A stretch of DNA of 64,000 nucleotides from positions 64,001 through 128,000 of the IMG/VR virus record IMGVR_UViG_3300036939_000082; one strand, 5' to 3'. The position numbers and the translations under genes are program-made. Shown here piece after piece: positions 28,686 through 37,781 of the stretch. A model generated the notes under the pieces. That model made no database searches. It saw nothing but the letters and a program-made list of their open reading frames with translations, and was not told where the DNA came from. Origin of the DNA: a virus. Position 1 is the first letter of the stretch. Every line of letters begins with the position of its first letter.

Positions 28686-29333
28686 GTGAGAAAACTTTAC
28701 CTTACCCCCGACGAGGCTTCGACTCGATTAATAGCAGCTCGACTTTGCAGTCTTGAGTCTTTGCCGGATTTGCTAGAACTAGAAAGCTGGCTCACGATCG
28801 CCCAAGCAGAGATGGACAACTGGCTCCAGCAATGCTTGCTGCCAACGGAATACGAAGATTTTTTAGAACCCAACTATCAAGGGATACTGCATATTCCCCG
28901 ATCGCCCGTACTGGAAGTCAGGCGCATTACCGTTTCTTCACCGTCAGTATCGGTTGTGGGGGGGCGACAGATGATAGGACGATACGCTCCAACATCAGAG
29001 ATTGAAGTTTCAGCTATATGGGGCGGCGGGCAAAACATTGAAGTAGGCAGGTCTTGCTGTTCGCCTAGCAGTCAGCGGTATAAAGTGACTTATCTCGCCG
29101 GCTACGATCCTTTGCCCTCGATCGTCCCTCAAGTTATGTTCAACATACTGAGGCGGTTGATGGCTGGGATTGAACTGGGCGATCGAACCCGCCATTTAAT
29201 TAACGTTGGGTTGCAAGGCGGAATTTCGCAAACTTTTGCGGTTGGCAAGGAAGCTAAAAACCAGCGATCGTCAACCAACCTCGACGATTTAATGTCGCCG
29301 CTAGAGCGCTACCGGAAAAAACTATGGTTTTAG
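28686..29333 (+). CDS. Head-tail connector/adaptor protein
   Basis: WLTIAQAEMDNWL..CLLPTEY...IPRSPVLEV...VTYLAGY..LP pattern of gp6/gp15-like adaptors. Confidence 0.75.
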   Translation: MRKLYLTPDEASTRLIAARLCSLESLPDLLELESWLTIAQAEMDNWLQQCLLPTEYEDFLEPNYQGILHIPRSPVLEVRRITVSSPSVSVVGGRQMIGRYAPTSEIEVSAIWGGGQNIEVGRSCCSPSSQRYKVTYLAGYDPLPSIVPQVMFNILRRLMAGIELGDRTRHLINVGLQGGISQTFAVGKEAKNQRSSTNLDDLMSPLERYRKKLWF

Positions 29334-29719
29334 ACTTGAGTTCGCCCTGGTTCGACATGGAGGCTTTTCGACAGTGTTCCCTAGAACAGGGTACTCCGCT
29401 GTTTCTGTGTCAGAAAGGAATTGTCGAACCAGCAAATCCTGAATACGGGGTAAAAGCGCAAGTGGGATTTACCAGGCGATCTGTTCAAGGTCATATCGAA
29501 CGGAAACAGTCGAGAATTCCAACAGACGCAGGCTGGGTAACGACAGAAAAGATTTTTGCGTATATACTGGCGATCGAGTTCACAAACAAAGATGTTTTGC
29601 CCAACTCTCGCTTGCTAGTAGGCAGCATTTACTATCAAATGGAATTAGTTGATGAAATTTACAGTCGCGGTGTGGTGTTGCAGTACAAGTACAATTTGGT
29701 AAAAACAGATGGAATTTAG
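29324..29719 (+). CDS. Putative head-closure (stopper) protein
   Basis: 131-aa beta-rich ORF overlapping the connector gene. Confidence 0.5.
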   Translation: MVLDLSSPWFDMEAFRQCSLEQGTPLFLCQKGIVEPANPEYGVKAQVGFTRRSVQGHIERKQSRIPTDAGWVTTEKIFAYILAIEFTNKDVLPNSRLLVGSIYYQMELVDEIYSRGVVLQYKYNLVKTDGI

Positions 29720-29828
29720 GAGTATATTAATCGTGGAATGGCAACAAGCTTTGGTGTTAATTTGTTTGACAATTTCAATAACGTTTGTATTATTTTTTAT
29801 CGCTCTCGATGAAAATATTAAATGGTAG
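29709..29828 (+). CDS. 39-aa single-TM protein (below ORF-track cutoff)
   Basis: MEFRSILIVEWQQALVLICLTISITFVLFFIALDENIKW*, overlapping both neighbours. Confidence 0.5.
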   Translation: MEFRSILIVEWQQALVLICLTISITFVLFFIALDENIKW

Positions 29829-30139
29829 TTAAAGTGAAAAATACGCCTGAACATTATTACGCAATCGCCGAAATAGTCAGATCGTTCACACCGTTAGCGC
29901 TTACAGCCGCTGGAGCAGGAGTAGCTATTTACGTTATTACTGCAACAAACTTGTCCTCCGAAAAGTTTGCAATCGCCATTGGCGTTGCAAGTTCAGCATT
30001 AACAGGTGCTTGCGGTACTTACAATCCCCAGTCAAAAGAAAGAAGACAAGAACAAACACGAGTAGGTCATATCGATCGAGTAGATATTGAGCAAACTGTT
30101 GAAGAGAATGAAAGTGAAAATAGGGGTGATCGGTTATAA
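29822..30139 (+). CDS. Two-TM membrane protein, holin candidate
   Basis: Two hydrophobic helices and a charged C-terminal tail. Confidence 0.45.
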   Translation: MVVKVKNTPEHYYAIAEIVRSFTPLALTAAGAGVAIYVITATNLSSEKFAIAIGVASSALTGACGTYNPQSKERRQEQTRVGHIDRVDIEQTVEENESENRGDRL

Positions 30140-30739
30140 GAAATCATGAAAATTATACAAATTAATTTCTAGTTTAATTGGAAAAAAATGATATAATTCA
30201 ATTTTTCCTTTTCTTTCAATTTTTAAAATATGCAAACTAGGAGCTTGAATGTCGTCCGTTATATAAACAGCTTTAGTTATTTCATTTGTGCCTAATATAG
30301 TAGTTAGGGAGTTTTTTGCAGATTCTAGCGTTAGGTTTGTTATTTTATTAATAAAACCAATCAAATGCGGAGTAATTACAAAAAAGATTTCATTTGTATT
30401 TTCTGAAGATTGAAACTTATTGCAAATCAAATAGTTGTAGCAACAACCTCTATTGGTATAATTATTTTGTACTGTCTCAGTACATATTCTTATGCAAATC
30501 TTTAATTGCACAAAACTAGAAAAAAGTGCGTTACAAAGTTCATTATCAATGTAAAAATAATCTTGTTCATTAAACCCTTCCAAAGCAATAACGCAATTAA
30601 AAGCTTGCTCATCAAACTTATGAAATTTCAATTCATTTTTGTCTCTTGTAACGTCATAAAAGTGTAGTTGGACTTTTTCTGCCATTTGTTCTGCGATTTC
30701 AGGTGATTCGGGTGATTTAAATTTTACTGTTTTTAGCAT
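30134..30739 (-). CDS. Accessory family A member 1
   Basis: N-terminus YDVTRDKNELKFHKFDEQAFNCVIALEG shared with 30847, 34849 and 48150 genes. Confidence 0.75.
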   Translation of the reverse strand: MLKTVKFKSPESPEIAEQMAEKVQLHFYDVTRDKNELKFHKFDEQAFNCVIALEGFNEQDYFYIDNELCNALFSSFVQLKICIRICTETVQNNYTNRGCCYNYLICNKFQSSENTNEIFFVITPHLIGFINKITNLTLESAKNSLTTILGTNEITKAVYITDDIQAPSLHILKIERKGKIELYHFFPIKLEINLYNFHDFL

Positions 30740-30744
30740 TTTTG

Positions 30745-30820
30745 TCGTTCTCCCCAAATTATTGCTTCCTGTATTCGGTTCATCGTTTCAATTATAGCAT
30801 TAAAATTTACAACCTCAATC
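30745..30820 (-). pseudogene. Relic of the ATPase gene 3' end carrying a TGCTATAAT promoter
   Basis: IEVVNFNAIIETMNRIQEAIIWGE vs IEVVNFDAVIEAMNRIQEAIIWGE* at 31443-31517. Confidence 0.85.
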
Positions 30821-30846
30821 AAGATGTGATCGGTTGTAGGAAATTG

Positions 30847-31437
30847 TTAAAACTGTTCTCGTCCCCAATGAATTGTTAGATCGGTCGGAAAAAAACGATA
30901 TAATTTCGTTTCTCCGTTTCTTTCGATTTTTAGTATGCGATGCAACGTAGGTTCTTCAAAAGAAGAATCTCTTATACAAATAGCGCTTGTTACGGAATCT
31001 ATAATTGGGATAGGTTCTAAAATATTTTCTGCAATTCTTTTTATTAGAGTAGCAAAAAAAAGTAATTCAGGATTAATGACTAAAGGAATTTCATCCATCA
31101 TAGTTCTTGAAATTTGAAAAGTATTGCAAACTAAAAGTCTAAAGTGATGACAAGATGTTCGAGTAGTATTACATATTGCTAACTCTAAAATAATTCGAGG
31201 CTCTCTATGATGATAAACAGGTGCTATCCAACTTTCTTTGTTATCAACAAAAGAATAATCTCGCCAACTAAGATTTTCCAAAGCAATAACGCAATTAAAA
31301 GCTTGTTCATCAAACTTGTAAAATTTCAATTCATTTCTGTCTCTTGTAACATCATAAAAATATGATTGAATTTTTTTGGTCATTTCTTCCGCTAATTCAA
31401 GTGATTCAAGCGATTTAAATCTTACTATTTTTAGCAT
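30847..31437 (-). CDS. Accessory family A member 2
   Basis: YDVTRDRNELKFYKFDEQAFNCVIALEN; C-terminal ILKIERNG..KLYRFFP shared with member 1. Confidence 0.75.
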   Translation of the reverse strand: MLKIVRFKSLESLELAEEMTKKIQSYFYDVTRDRNELKFYKFDEQAFNCVIALENLSWRDYSFVDNKESWIAPVYHHREPRIILELAICNTTRTSCHHFRLLVCNTFQISRTMMDEIPLVINPELLFFATLIKRIAENILEPIPIIDSVTSAICIRDSSFEEPTLHRILKIERNGETKLYRFFPTDLTIHWGREQF

Positions 31438-31442
31438 TTCTA

Positions 31443-32045
31443 TTATTCTCCCCAAATAATTGCTTCCTGTATTCGATTCATTGCTTCAATTACAGCATCA
31501 AAATTTACGACTTCAATTCCTGACTCAGTTACTTCATTGCATTCTAACTGAAACACGCTAACTTCTATTTGTTTAGTGTTGTAAGCTTTGACTCTATTTG
31601 GACAAATGAACTCCGAACAGTCGTAACCTTCTTTTTTTGCAAGTTTCATTAGATAAGCAGTAGTAACACTAAACATAATCAGCGTATTAAGTTCTTTTAC
31701 TATATAATCGCTGTTTGTTGCTACTACTACTTTTACTCCTAGATTTACAATTTTTGCAATAAGCCGAGCCATTCTTCGTTGGTTTTCTGGATGCAGTCCC
31801 AATTCAGGGGTATCTAATATAAGAATAAAATCAGTGCTACCAAAAGGTTCTTTGAATTGAAAAGCTAATTCAAAAAAGTCTTGCGCCCTTTTAGCCTCCA
31901 AGCATTTAGAACCTTTTACGGATGTACCGATCGCGCGAATTAGCGAAGATTTTCCAGTACCGTTCGACCCACAGACAACCGTAAGATCTCCTAACTCTAT
32001 TTCAATATCGCCAAAAGCAGGTAGAGTGGTAATTGAAATTTTCAT
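31443..32045 (-). CDS. Miniaturised ABC/AAA_15-like ATPase
   Basis: Walker A GSNGTGKS; degenerate Walker B LILDTPELGLHPENQ; VATNSDY in place of THS; only 200 aa. Confidence 0.75.
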   Translation of the reverse strand: MKISITTLPAFGDIEIELGDLTVVCGSNGTGKSSLIRAIGTSVKGSKCLEAKRAQDFFELAFQFKEPFGSTDFILILDTPELGLHPENQRRMARLIAKIVNLGVKVVVATNSDYIVKELNTLIMFSVTTAYLMKLAKKEGYDCSEFICPNRVKAYNTKQIEVSVFQLECNEVTESGIEVVNFDAVIEAMNRIQEAIIWGE

Positions 32046-32322
32046 AGAACAAATAGATTGTGAACGTTTCAGACAGATTGCTCTTGTTCCAACTTTACAA
32101 ACAAATGACCTTCAGTACAAACAGCAGGAATACCATTGCTAGGAATGATTGAAGCATTAATCCCCTCTTTTTGCCAATATATTGAATGGATAGTGCGGGC
32201 GATCGGGCGATCGCATTTAGGACATTTTTTGTTAAAACTTAACATTCATTTGATAGATTCTTTAGATTCACAACTGTATAATTGTAACACGACAAAATAA
32301 TTTATTAATCCAATTCAAAAAA

Positions 32323-32553
32323 ATGATCAATAGAAGACAAGCGGAAACACTTTGTTTTCATCGGGTAATTACGGTAAACGAAGCGCGAGAAAACATAGGC
32401 TTAGAACCTTTACCTAAAGGGGGCGATCGGACTGGAGTTTGGGACATCGGCGCTGGCGACAGAGATCGGGAAATAAATCCGTACTTGGCTCAAGCAGTAG
32501 ATTGCTTTTTTGATGCAAAAGGTGTTTGGATACCTCCGGGTGATCGCGCATAA
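32323..32553 (+). CDS. Small ORF resembling the C-terminal motif of phage portal proteins
   Basis: VITVNEARENIGLEPLPKGGD; CTGTATAAT promoter near 32274. Confidence 0.55.
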   Translation: MINRRQAETLCFHRVITVNEARENIGLEPLPKGGDRTGVWDIGAGDRDREINPYLAQAVDCFFDAKGVWIPPGDRA

Positions 32554-32755
32554 GCAATTGCCAATTAGTGAAATCTATCTCACCGATCACCCCACCGCCG
32601 TGGCAGTCGCAGCAAAAAAGTTAGTCGTGGGACAGCGACTTTTTTATCTCCGAGGGTACTACAAAGCCAAATTGTGGACTATACTCAAAAAAATAGGAAG
32701 CAGACTTTGGCGGTCAGGCTTCCTAAATGAGTTCATAAAATTTTCAATTACCACC

Positions 32756-34312
32756 ATGATACCACCGTTATTGCAAAATGTCCGCGAAACCGAAAAACTT
32801 TCTTTCTTCTCCCCTGAAATAGCTGCAATTATTGGCGTAGAGGCTGCAACGGTATTCTCTAAAATTCAGTGGTGCGTCGAGAATCCAGAAATGAAGGGTA
32901 TGATCGCCCCCGATGGTGCAAAGTATATCCGGAACCCGGTCGTGTGTACCAGCCAGCGCAAGTTAGAGAAAAGTCGGGAACACGGAAAGCTTGTAGACTG
33001 GCTTTCCAATTTTACTTGGGCAAGTTTTGCCAAACTTCGCAGAATTTTTACCACTCTTGAAGATATCGGACTCATCATTGCCAAGAAGATTCGGGCTCAG
33101 TTTTGGGATCAGTGCAAGTATTATACGGTAAACTACCAAAAGCTGGCTGAACTACTGAAACGCCCGCCGCTACCCATTTGTTCAAATCAAACACATCGAT
33201 CTGCGGAAACCGATCACCTCGATTTGTCGAATGGTAACAAATCATATCAAAATACCTTTTCAAAAAAAGTCTTTCAAGATCCACACCCTCAAGAAGCGCG
33301 CAAACCGAAGTCAACAGTAAAAAAGAAAGTGAGGGGGGCTTTAATTGAAAATCCGATCGCCCAACAAGATCCGCCAACAGCACAGCCGATCGCCGAAAAG
33401 ATTTTTCACGCGCCTGAATATAAATCAGAGTCTACCGTCACAACTGAAGTTCAAGGATTGGACGAAAGTTCCGCAAGGTTCAGTTCGGTTAATCAAACTC
33501 AACAAAAAGATTTTTTCTACAAGTTGCTGGTATATGCCCAGGAGTGCGTCAACATCAATTGTCCCGAGGGATACACCAAAGCTACAATCCGCGAACTCAA
33601 ATCCGGCGATCCAGACCCGATCGCCCAATTGTTGTGGGAAGAGTACCTTGCGGGCGAAGAACTCGGTAGCCGCGTTGTTCCGTTTGGATACAGATTGCGA
33701 GGCGTACCGGAGCGGATTGTCGGGGAGGCGATCGCCCAAGACCAGCGAGGGAAAGTAGGCGCTACTGGCACGGAAGCTGTTGTAAATGCTGCGAGAAGTT
33801 TGGCTAAAGCTCCCGTAGTCCGCGCCGTTGCCGACGCTGCCCGCTTGCAGTTAATCCGCGCTAGCGAAGAAGCTGCGAAGCAAGAGGCGCTGGGGATACC
33901 TCCCGAACGGGCGATTGCCAACTGTTTGCCAACTTATGCTACGGCGATTGTACCAATCAGTTCGTTGGTCGCACCAGAACCGGAAAAATTGATCCAGGGG
34001 GCGATCGGAGAAGAGAAAGAAAAAACTGAAGAACTTATACTAACAGAGGAACTGACAGAGCTGGAACAGGTAGATAATCAAGCGAAAAAGGTTGCTTTTG
34101 CCCAGATCAAGGAAATCTTGAGCAAGTGCAAAACCGCAGTATCCCCAAGACAGCGCATTCGAGAAGCTAACTTGCGGGAAGCGGCGTCGTTACTTTCAAT
34201 GGAGAAAACTTCTGAAAAGACGGTAGAAACAGAAAATTTGGGTGATCGGGGCGATGGCTTGGGCGAGTATTTGCTTCAACTTGAAGCTAGAAACGAGGAA
34301 GATATTTGGTGA
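32756..34312 (+). CDS. Replication initiator / replisome-organiser-like protein (N-terminal wHTH)
   Basis: FSPEIAAIIGVEAATVFSKIQW...SFAKLRRIFTTLEDIGLI...KYYTVNYQKL; probable start MIPPLL. Confidence 0.65.
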   Translation: MIPPLLQNVRETEKLSFFSPEIAAIIGVEAATVFSKIQWCVENPEMKGMIAPDGAKYIRNPVVCTSQRKLEKSREHGKLVDWLSNFTWASFAKLRRIFTTLEDIGLIIAKKIRAQFWDQCKYYTVNYQKLAELLKRPPLPICSNQTHRSAETDHLDLSNGNKSYQNTFSKKVFQDPHPQEARKPKSTVKKKVRGALIENPIAQQDPPTAQPIAEKIFHAPEYKSESTVTTEVQGLDESSARFSSVNQTQQKDFFYKLLVYAQECVNINCPEGYTKATIRELKSGDPDPIAQLLWEEYLAGEELGSRVVPFGYRLRGVPERIVGEAIAQDQRGKVGATGTEAVVNAARSLAKAPVVRAVADAARLQLIRASEEAAKQEALGIPPERAIANCLPTYATAIVPISSLVAPEPEKLIQGAIGEEKEKTEELILTEELTELEQVDNQAKKVAFAQIKEILSKCKTAVSPRQRIREANLREAASLLSMEKTSEKTVETENLGDRGDGLGEYLLQLEARNEEDIW

Positions 34313-34313
34313 C

Positions 34314-34351
34314 TTGACATCATCCACCCCGGCGTAAACACACGGGGATTT
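34314..34351 (-). mobile_element. Solo IS200/IS605 right end
   Basis: Minus strand AAAT-CCCCG-TGTGTTTACGC-CGGGG-TGGATGATG-TCAA, same layout as the tnpB element right end at 37780. Confidence 0.65.
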
Positions 34352-34502
34352 TGAAAACTCGTGACACATTTACCAGGAACTTTCTTAATCGGGTGGTGGA
34401 ACTTTTAAGTTATTGAGTCGTTGATTTTGTAGGACTGAAGTCCGTTTACGCTGAGGGAGATCGAATATGCTATAATTTTAGGAACTCAACAAGTGAATCA
34501 AT

Positions 34503-34823
34503 ATGCTGCTCAAAATTCAACTTCCGCAACAAGAGAAAAAACATATAAATTTGCCAAATGGACTTACTTTTGTCTGTGAAGTAATAGGTTCCTCAACCGA
34601 AAATTTACAACAAACAGCATGGATTATCAATCCAGAAAGCTTAGCACTTAGTTCTTCTTATTCTCTTGAAAAGAGTTCATTGGTAAAATTTCTATCATTG
34701 ATACTTGTAAGAAAAGAGGATGTTTTTAAATTAATAGTTTATTCAAAAACAAACTGGGATGATAACTGCGACACCCTTGATGTCATTTCGGTGGAAGAAG
34801 TTTTTGGTTTTCCAGCTATTTAG
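34503..34823 (+). CDS. Accessory family B member 1
   Basis: MLLKIQLPQQEKK..., LILVRKEDVFKL..., LDVISVEEVFGFP; TGCTATAAT promoter near 34467. Confidence 0.75.
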   Translation: MLLKIQLPQQEKKHINLPNGLTFVCEVIGSSTENLQQTAWIINPESLALSSSYSLEKSSLVKFLSLILVRKEDVFKLIVYSKTNWDDNCDTLDVISVEEVFGFPAI

Positions 34824-34848
34824 CTATAGACGAGAAGATCGATTGAAT

Positions 34849-35238
34849 ATGTTAGTTAAAAATGTTGAAAAAGTAATTGAATTTGATTCATTGGATGTTG
34901 CAAAAAAAGTTGTGTCTCACCTACATCACGTCGAAATTGATATCACTGCCGATCGCGCGCTGTTGAAATTCATCAAATTTGATGGCGCAGCTTTTGATTT
35001 AGCGCGAGCGTTAGAAGGAGTGGGACTAACAGGATGGAAGATTTTAAATACAGTTAAATTTTCTCAACCTATAGCTCGCTGCTTTCCTATTTTTGAAATT
35101 AGTCTCGATCCGAATACAATTCAAGAACTTACAAATTGTTTTTCTCGAATAGAGAAAGCCATACTAGCTGTTTCATTTCAGATGTACAAATCTCAACGTT
35201 TAACAGAACTTGTTTCTAGGGAAGACGAACTAAACTAG
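34849..35238 (+). CDS. Accessory family A member 3
   Basis: DITADRALLKFIKFDGAAFDLARALEG. Confidence 0.65.
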   Translation: MLVKNVEKVIEFDSLDVAKKVVSHLHHVEIDITADRALLKFIKFDGAAFDLARALEGVGLTGWKILNTVKFSQPIARCFPIFEISLDPNTIQELTNCFSRIEKAILAVSFQMYKSQRLTELVSREDELN

Positions 35239-35405
35239 GAAACTTTTCTGGCTGGGCGGTAAAACTTTTGAATGGTTGGGGGATACCGCATTGTGAGATT
35301 TTAATAGCGATCGGTTGCAAAGACTTATCGGACAGCTCTGATCGTGTAGAACCACAACCAGTAAAAAATGTGCTAAACTTCTAAAAATTCAATAGGTATA
35401 TCAAT

Positions 35406-35780
35406 ATGTTAGTCAAAATTCAACTTCCGCCACAAAAGAAAGAAGAAATAGAATTGTTAAATGAATTTTCTTTTACGTCTGAAGTGATTAGTTTTAATGA
35501 GGGTTTAATATATACCGGATGGAGTGTTAATCCTAAAGGTTTTTTAGAGCTTTCCAGTTCCAATGAATTACCAAATTTTATATCACTAATGCTTGTAAAA
35601 AAAAACAGAGAAAATGTTTTTAAGTTAAAGGTTAGATGGGAATTGTACGGTATTTGCAGTCAAGTTACTCTTGATGTCAGCTCTGTTAAAGAAGTTTTTG
35701 ATTTTCCTCAAATTCAACCCATATGCAACGTGAACAAACGAAGACCGTGGTTTAGCAGACTATTTGTTTCAAATAGATAA
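35406..35780 (+). CDS. Accessory family B member 2
   Basis: MLVKIQLPPQKK..., LMLVKKNRENVFKLKV, LDVSSVKEVFDFP. Confidence 0.75.
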   Translation: MLVKIQLPPQKKEEIELLNEFSFTSEVISFNEGLIYTGWSVNPKGFLELSSSNELPNFISLMLVKKNRENVFKLKVRWELYGICSQVTLDVSSVKEVFDFPQIQPICNVNKRRPWFSRLFVSNR

Positions 35781-35962
35781 ACCCAACGAGGAATGTGTTT
35801 GGTAGGCGATCGCCCCGATTGTATAGAACCCTAACCCTTGCAAGCCAAGGGTAATCAAATTTTTTACAAAAAGGACTCAAAAAAGGTTTTGGAGTTTTGA
35901 AGATGCTGGGCGATCGAAGACAGAATGTGTCATAATAGTGGAAACTTACTCTGCAAATCAAT

Positions 35963-36306
35963 ATATCAATAAAAGTACAGATTTTACCGCAAAAAAAACA
36001 AGGAATAGAATTACTGAATGAATTTTCTTTTACGTCTAAAGTGTTGTTTTTAACAGAAAATTTTGTACGAACAGAATGGAATCTTGAAACAAAAGGATTA
36101 GGCTTCGATAATGCTAATAAATTTTTACAATTTTCGTCATTGATTCTTGTAAAAAAGAAGATACTTTTAGGCTAAAAGTTGAATTTGGAATAGACATAGA
36201 TGGCGTTTGTATCTGTACAACTTTTGATGTTGAATCGGCTGAAAAAGTTGCTAATTTTCCATCAATTCACCGTAGGCATAAAAAACAAAAATGGCTAACA
36301 CTATAA
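35963..36306 (+). pseudogene. Accessory family B member 3, frameshifted
   Basis: ATA where B2 has ATG; IKVQILPQKKQGIELLNEFSFTS...LILVKK, then a frameshift to EDTFRLKV...FDVESAEKVANFP. Confidence 0.75.
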
Positions 36307-36827
36307 GTATTTGGATCGAGATTGATGGATGTGAGTCTGAGGTTGAATCTGTTTTTCAACGAATGAAAAGTGACCACAATATGTTTGACTTTAAGTCTTT
36401 AATTCCATTACCTGTTAACACACGTTGTGATAGGAATTGGTGTTACAACAATTGGGGATCAGGCAGTAATTCTATGTATTTTGAGCGGTTAACTTCAAAT
36501 ACAGTTTATTTTGAGACAGCAAATTCATATCCCGGTTTCATAATTAAGGCTTTGGCTTTAGCCTATCCCAAGTTACGATTAAAAGTTGAATGGATTGAGG
36601 AAAGCCTAGAAAGTGCGGGTCGCTGGATACTGTGTGGTGAAAACTATTCTTATCTAGAAGAAGAAAGTTACTTCTGTTGGAAGCAAAAAACTTCAAATTG
36701 TCTCATTCATTTGTTGAATGTGAAATATCAACTTGACCGTTATACAGAATGGTTAAAAGACTCTGATTCGGACGCCGAGTTTGCTGATTGTTGCAGTTAT
36801 TATCTCAACTTGCTTGAATTAAAGTAA
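36291..36827 (+). CDS. YubB/DUF1281-like ferredoxin-fold protein
   Basis: FDFKSLIPLP, NWCYNNWG, YFETANSYP...LALAYPKL...WIEE. Confidence 0.7.
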   Translation: MANTISIWIEIDGCESEVESVFQRMKSDHNMFDFKSLIPLPVNTRCDRNWCYNNWGSGSNSMYFERLTSNTVYFETANSYPGFIIKALALAYPKLRLKVEWIEESLESAGRWILCGENYSYLEEESYFCWKQKTSNCLIHLLNVKYQLDRYTEWLKDSDSDAEFADCCSYYLNLLELK

Positions 36828-36874
36828 ATATAGTATGTGACTAATTGATATTAGTAATCTTTTCGATCGCCCGA

Positions 36875-37735
36875 CTACAACAAAAAATCGCTAGTAAACA
36901 AGTCAAAGTTATTGAGTCCTATAAATTTAAACTCTTCAAACTTGTCCCGCGAGTTAAAAACGTTGTGCAATTTGATGACGTTAGACGATCGCTCGATTAC
37001 CGACAAACATTCTAACGGTACGCTGTTTACCACAAATTGATTGTTTGTAGTTAGGATGAATTGAACTGGCGATCGATTGCTATATTCTACTAAATACTTA
37101 GTGATAAGAGGTGAAGATTCATAGTCTAGCTTGCATCCAAAGTCATCGACAACAACAGTTTTAGGTGTATCTGTTGGAGGTTCGCGAAGAATTAAGCCTT
37201 TGTTCGGACTTGTCCCAAAATCGTAAAATTTTAGTGAGTCAGCCCAAAGATATAATAATCTTAAAAACGGATATTGAGCATAGCGATACTGGATATAATT
37301 TTCAGGTTGCGCTATTACGGTTTTTGTTTTGTGGGCTTGAAATTTAACGTCTTCTTGTAAATTTTCCGCATAAACGGTACTTTCGCCTGACTGGTTCCTA
37401 TCTAGTAATACTAGCAAAATATACCTGCTTGCATCGCTGCATACAATCAACTGTTCTTTGCTTACAAAACCTTCTTGTATTTTAAGCAAGTATTCTATGC
37501 GGTAGCCTGGTTTGCCAGTATCGAACAATAGACGCCATTCGTGATTTTCTGTTTCAACAATTTCGACTCCCCTAAGTAGTTCTGTTAACCTACCTATTGC
37601 TTTTAAAAGCCTAGATTTGCCACTGGCATTTTTACCTACAATTAAATTAAGTTGACCAAATTGACATTTCTCGATTCGCCATTCATTCGTTAAACCTTGG
37701 TTGGCGATATACTCAAAGGTGATTAAGTTCTTCAT
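36875..37735 (-). CDS. AAA_21/ABC-type ATPase, internally shortened
   Basis: LNLIVGKNASGKS Walker A, VVVDDFG Walker B, QFILTTNN; start MKNLITFEY. Confidence 0.75.
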   Translation of the reverse strand: MKNLITFEYIANQGLTNEWRIEKCQFGQLNLIVGKNASGKSRLLKAIGRLTELLRGVEIVETENHEWRLLFDTGKPGYRIEYLLKIQEGFVSKEQLIVCSDASRYILLVLLDRNQSGESTVYAENLQEDVKFQAHKTKTVIAQPENYIQYRYAQYPFLRLLYLWADSLKFYDFGTSPNKGLILREPPTDTPKTVVVDDFGCKLDYESSPLITKYLVEYSNRSPVQFILTTNNQFVVNSVPLECLSVIERSSNVIKLHNVFNSRDKFEEFKFIGLNNFDLFTSDFLL

Positions 37736-37781
37736 TCGGCAAGCCCTGATTGGCGATATACTCAAAGGTGATTAAGTTCTT
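37701..37781. repeat. 32-bp perfect direct repeat within a 51-nt diverged duplication of the ATPase 5' end
   Basis: TTGGCGATATACTCAAAGGTGATTAAGTTCTT at 37701-37732 and 37750-37781. Confidence 0.9.

Noticed and set aside
32510-32755. N-terminal extension of the replication protein in the ORF track
   Set aside because: TTG start overlapping another ORF; homology-like sequence begins only after ATG 32756
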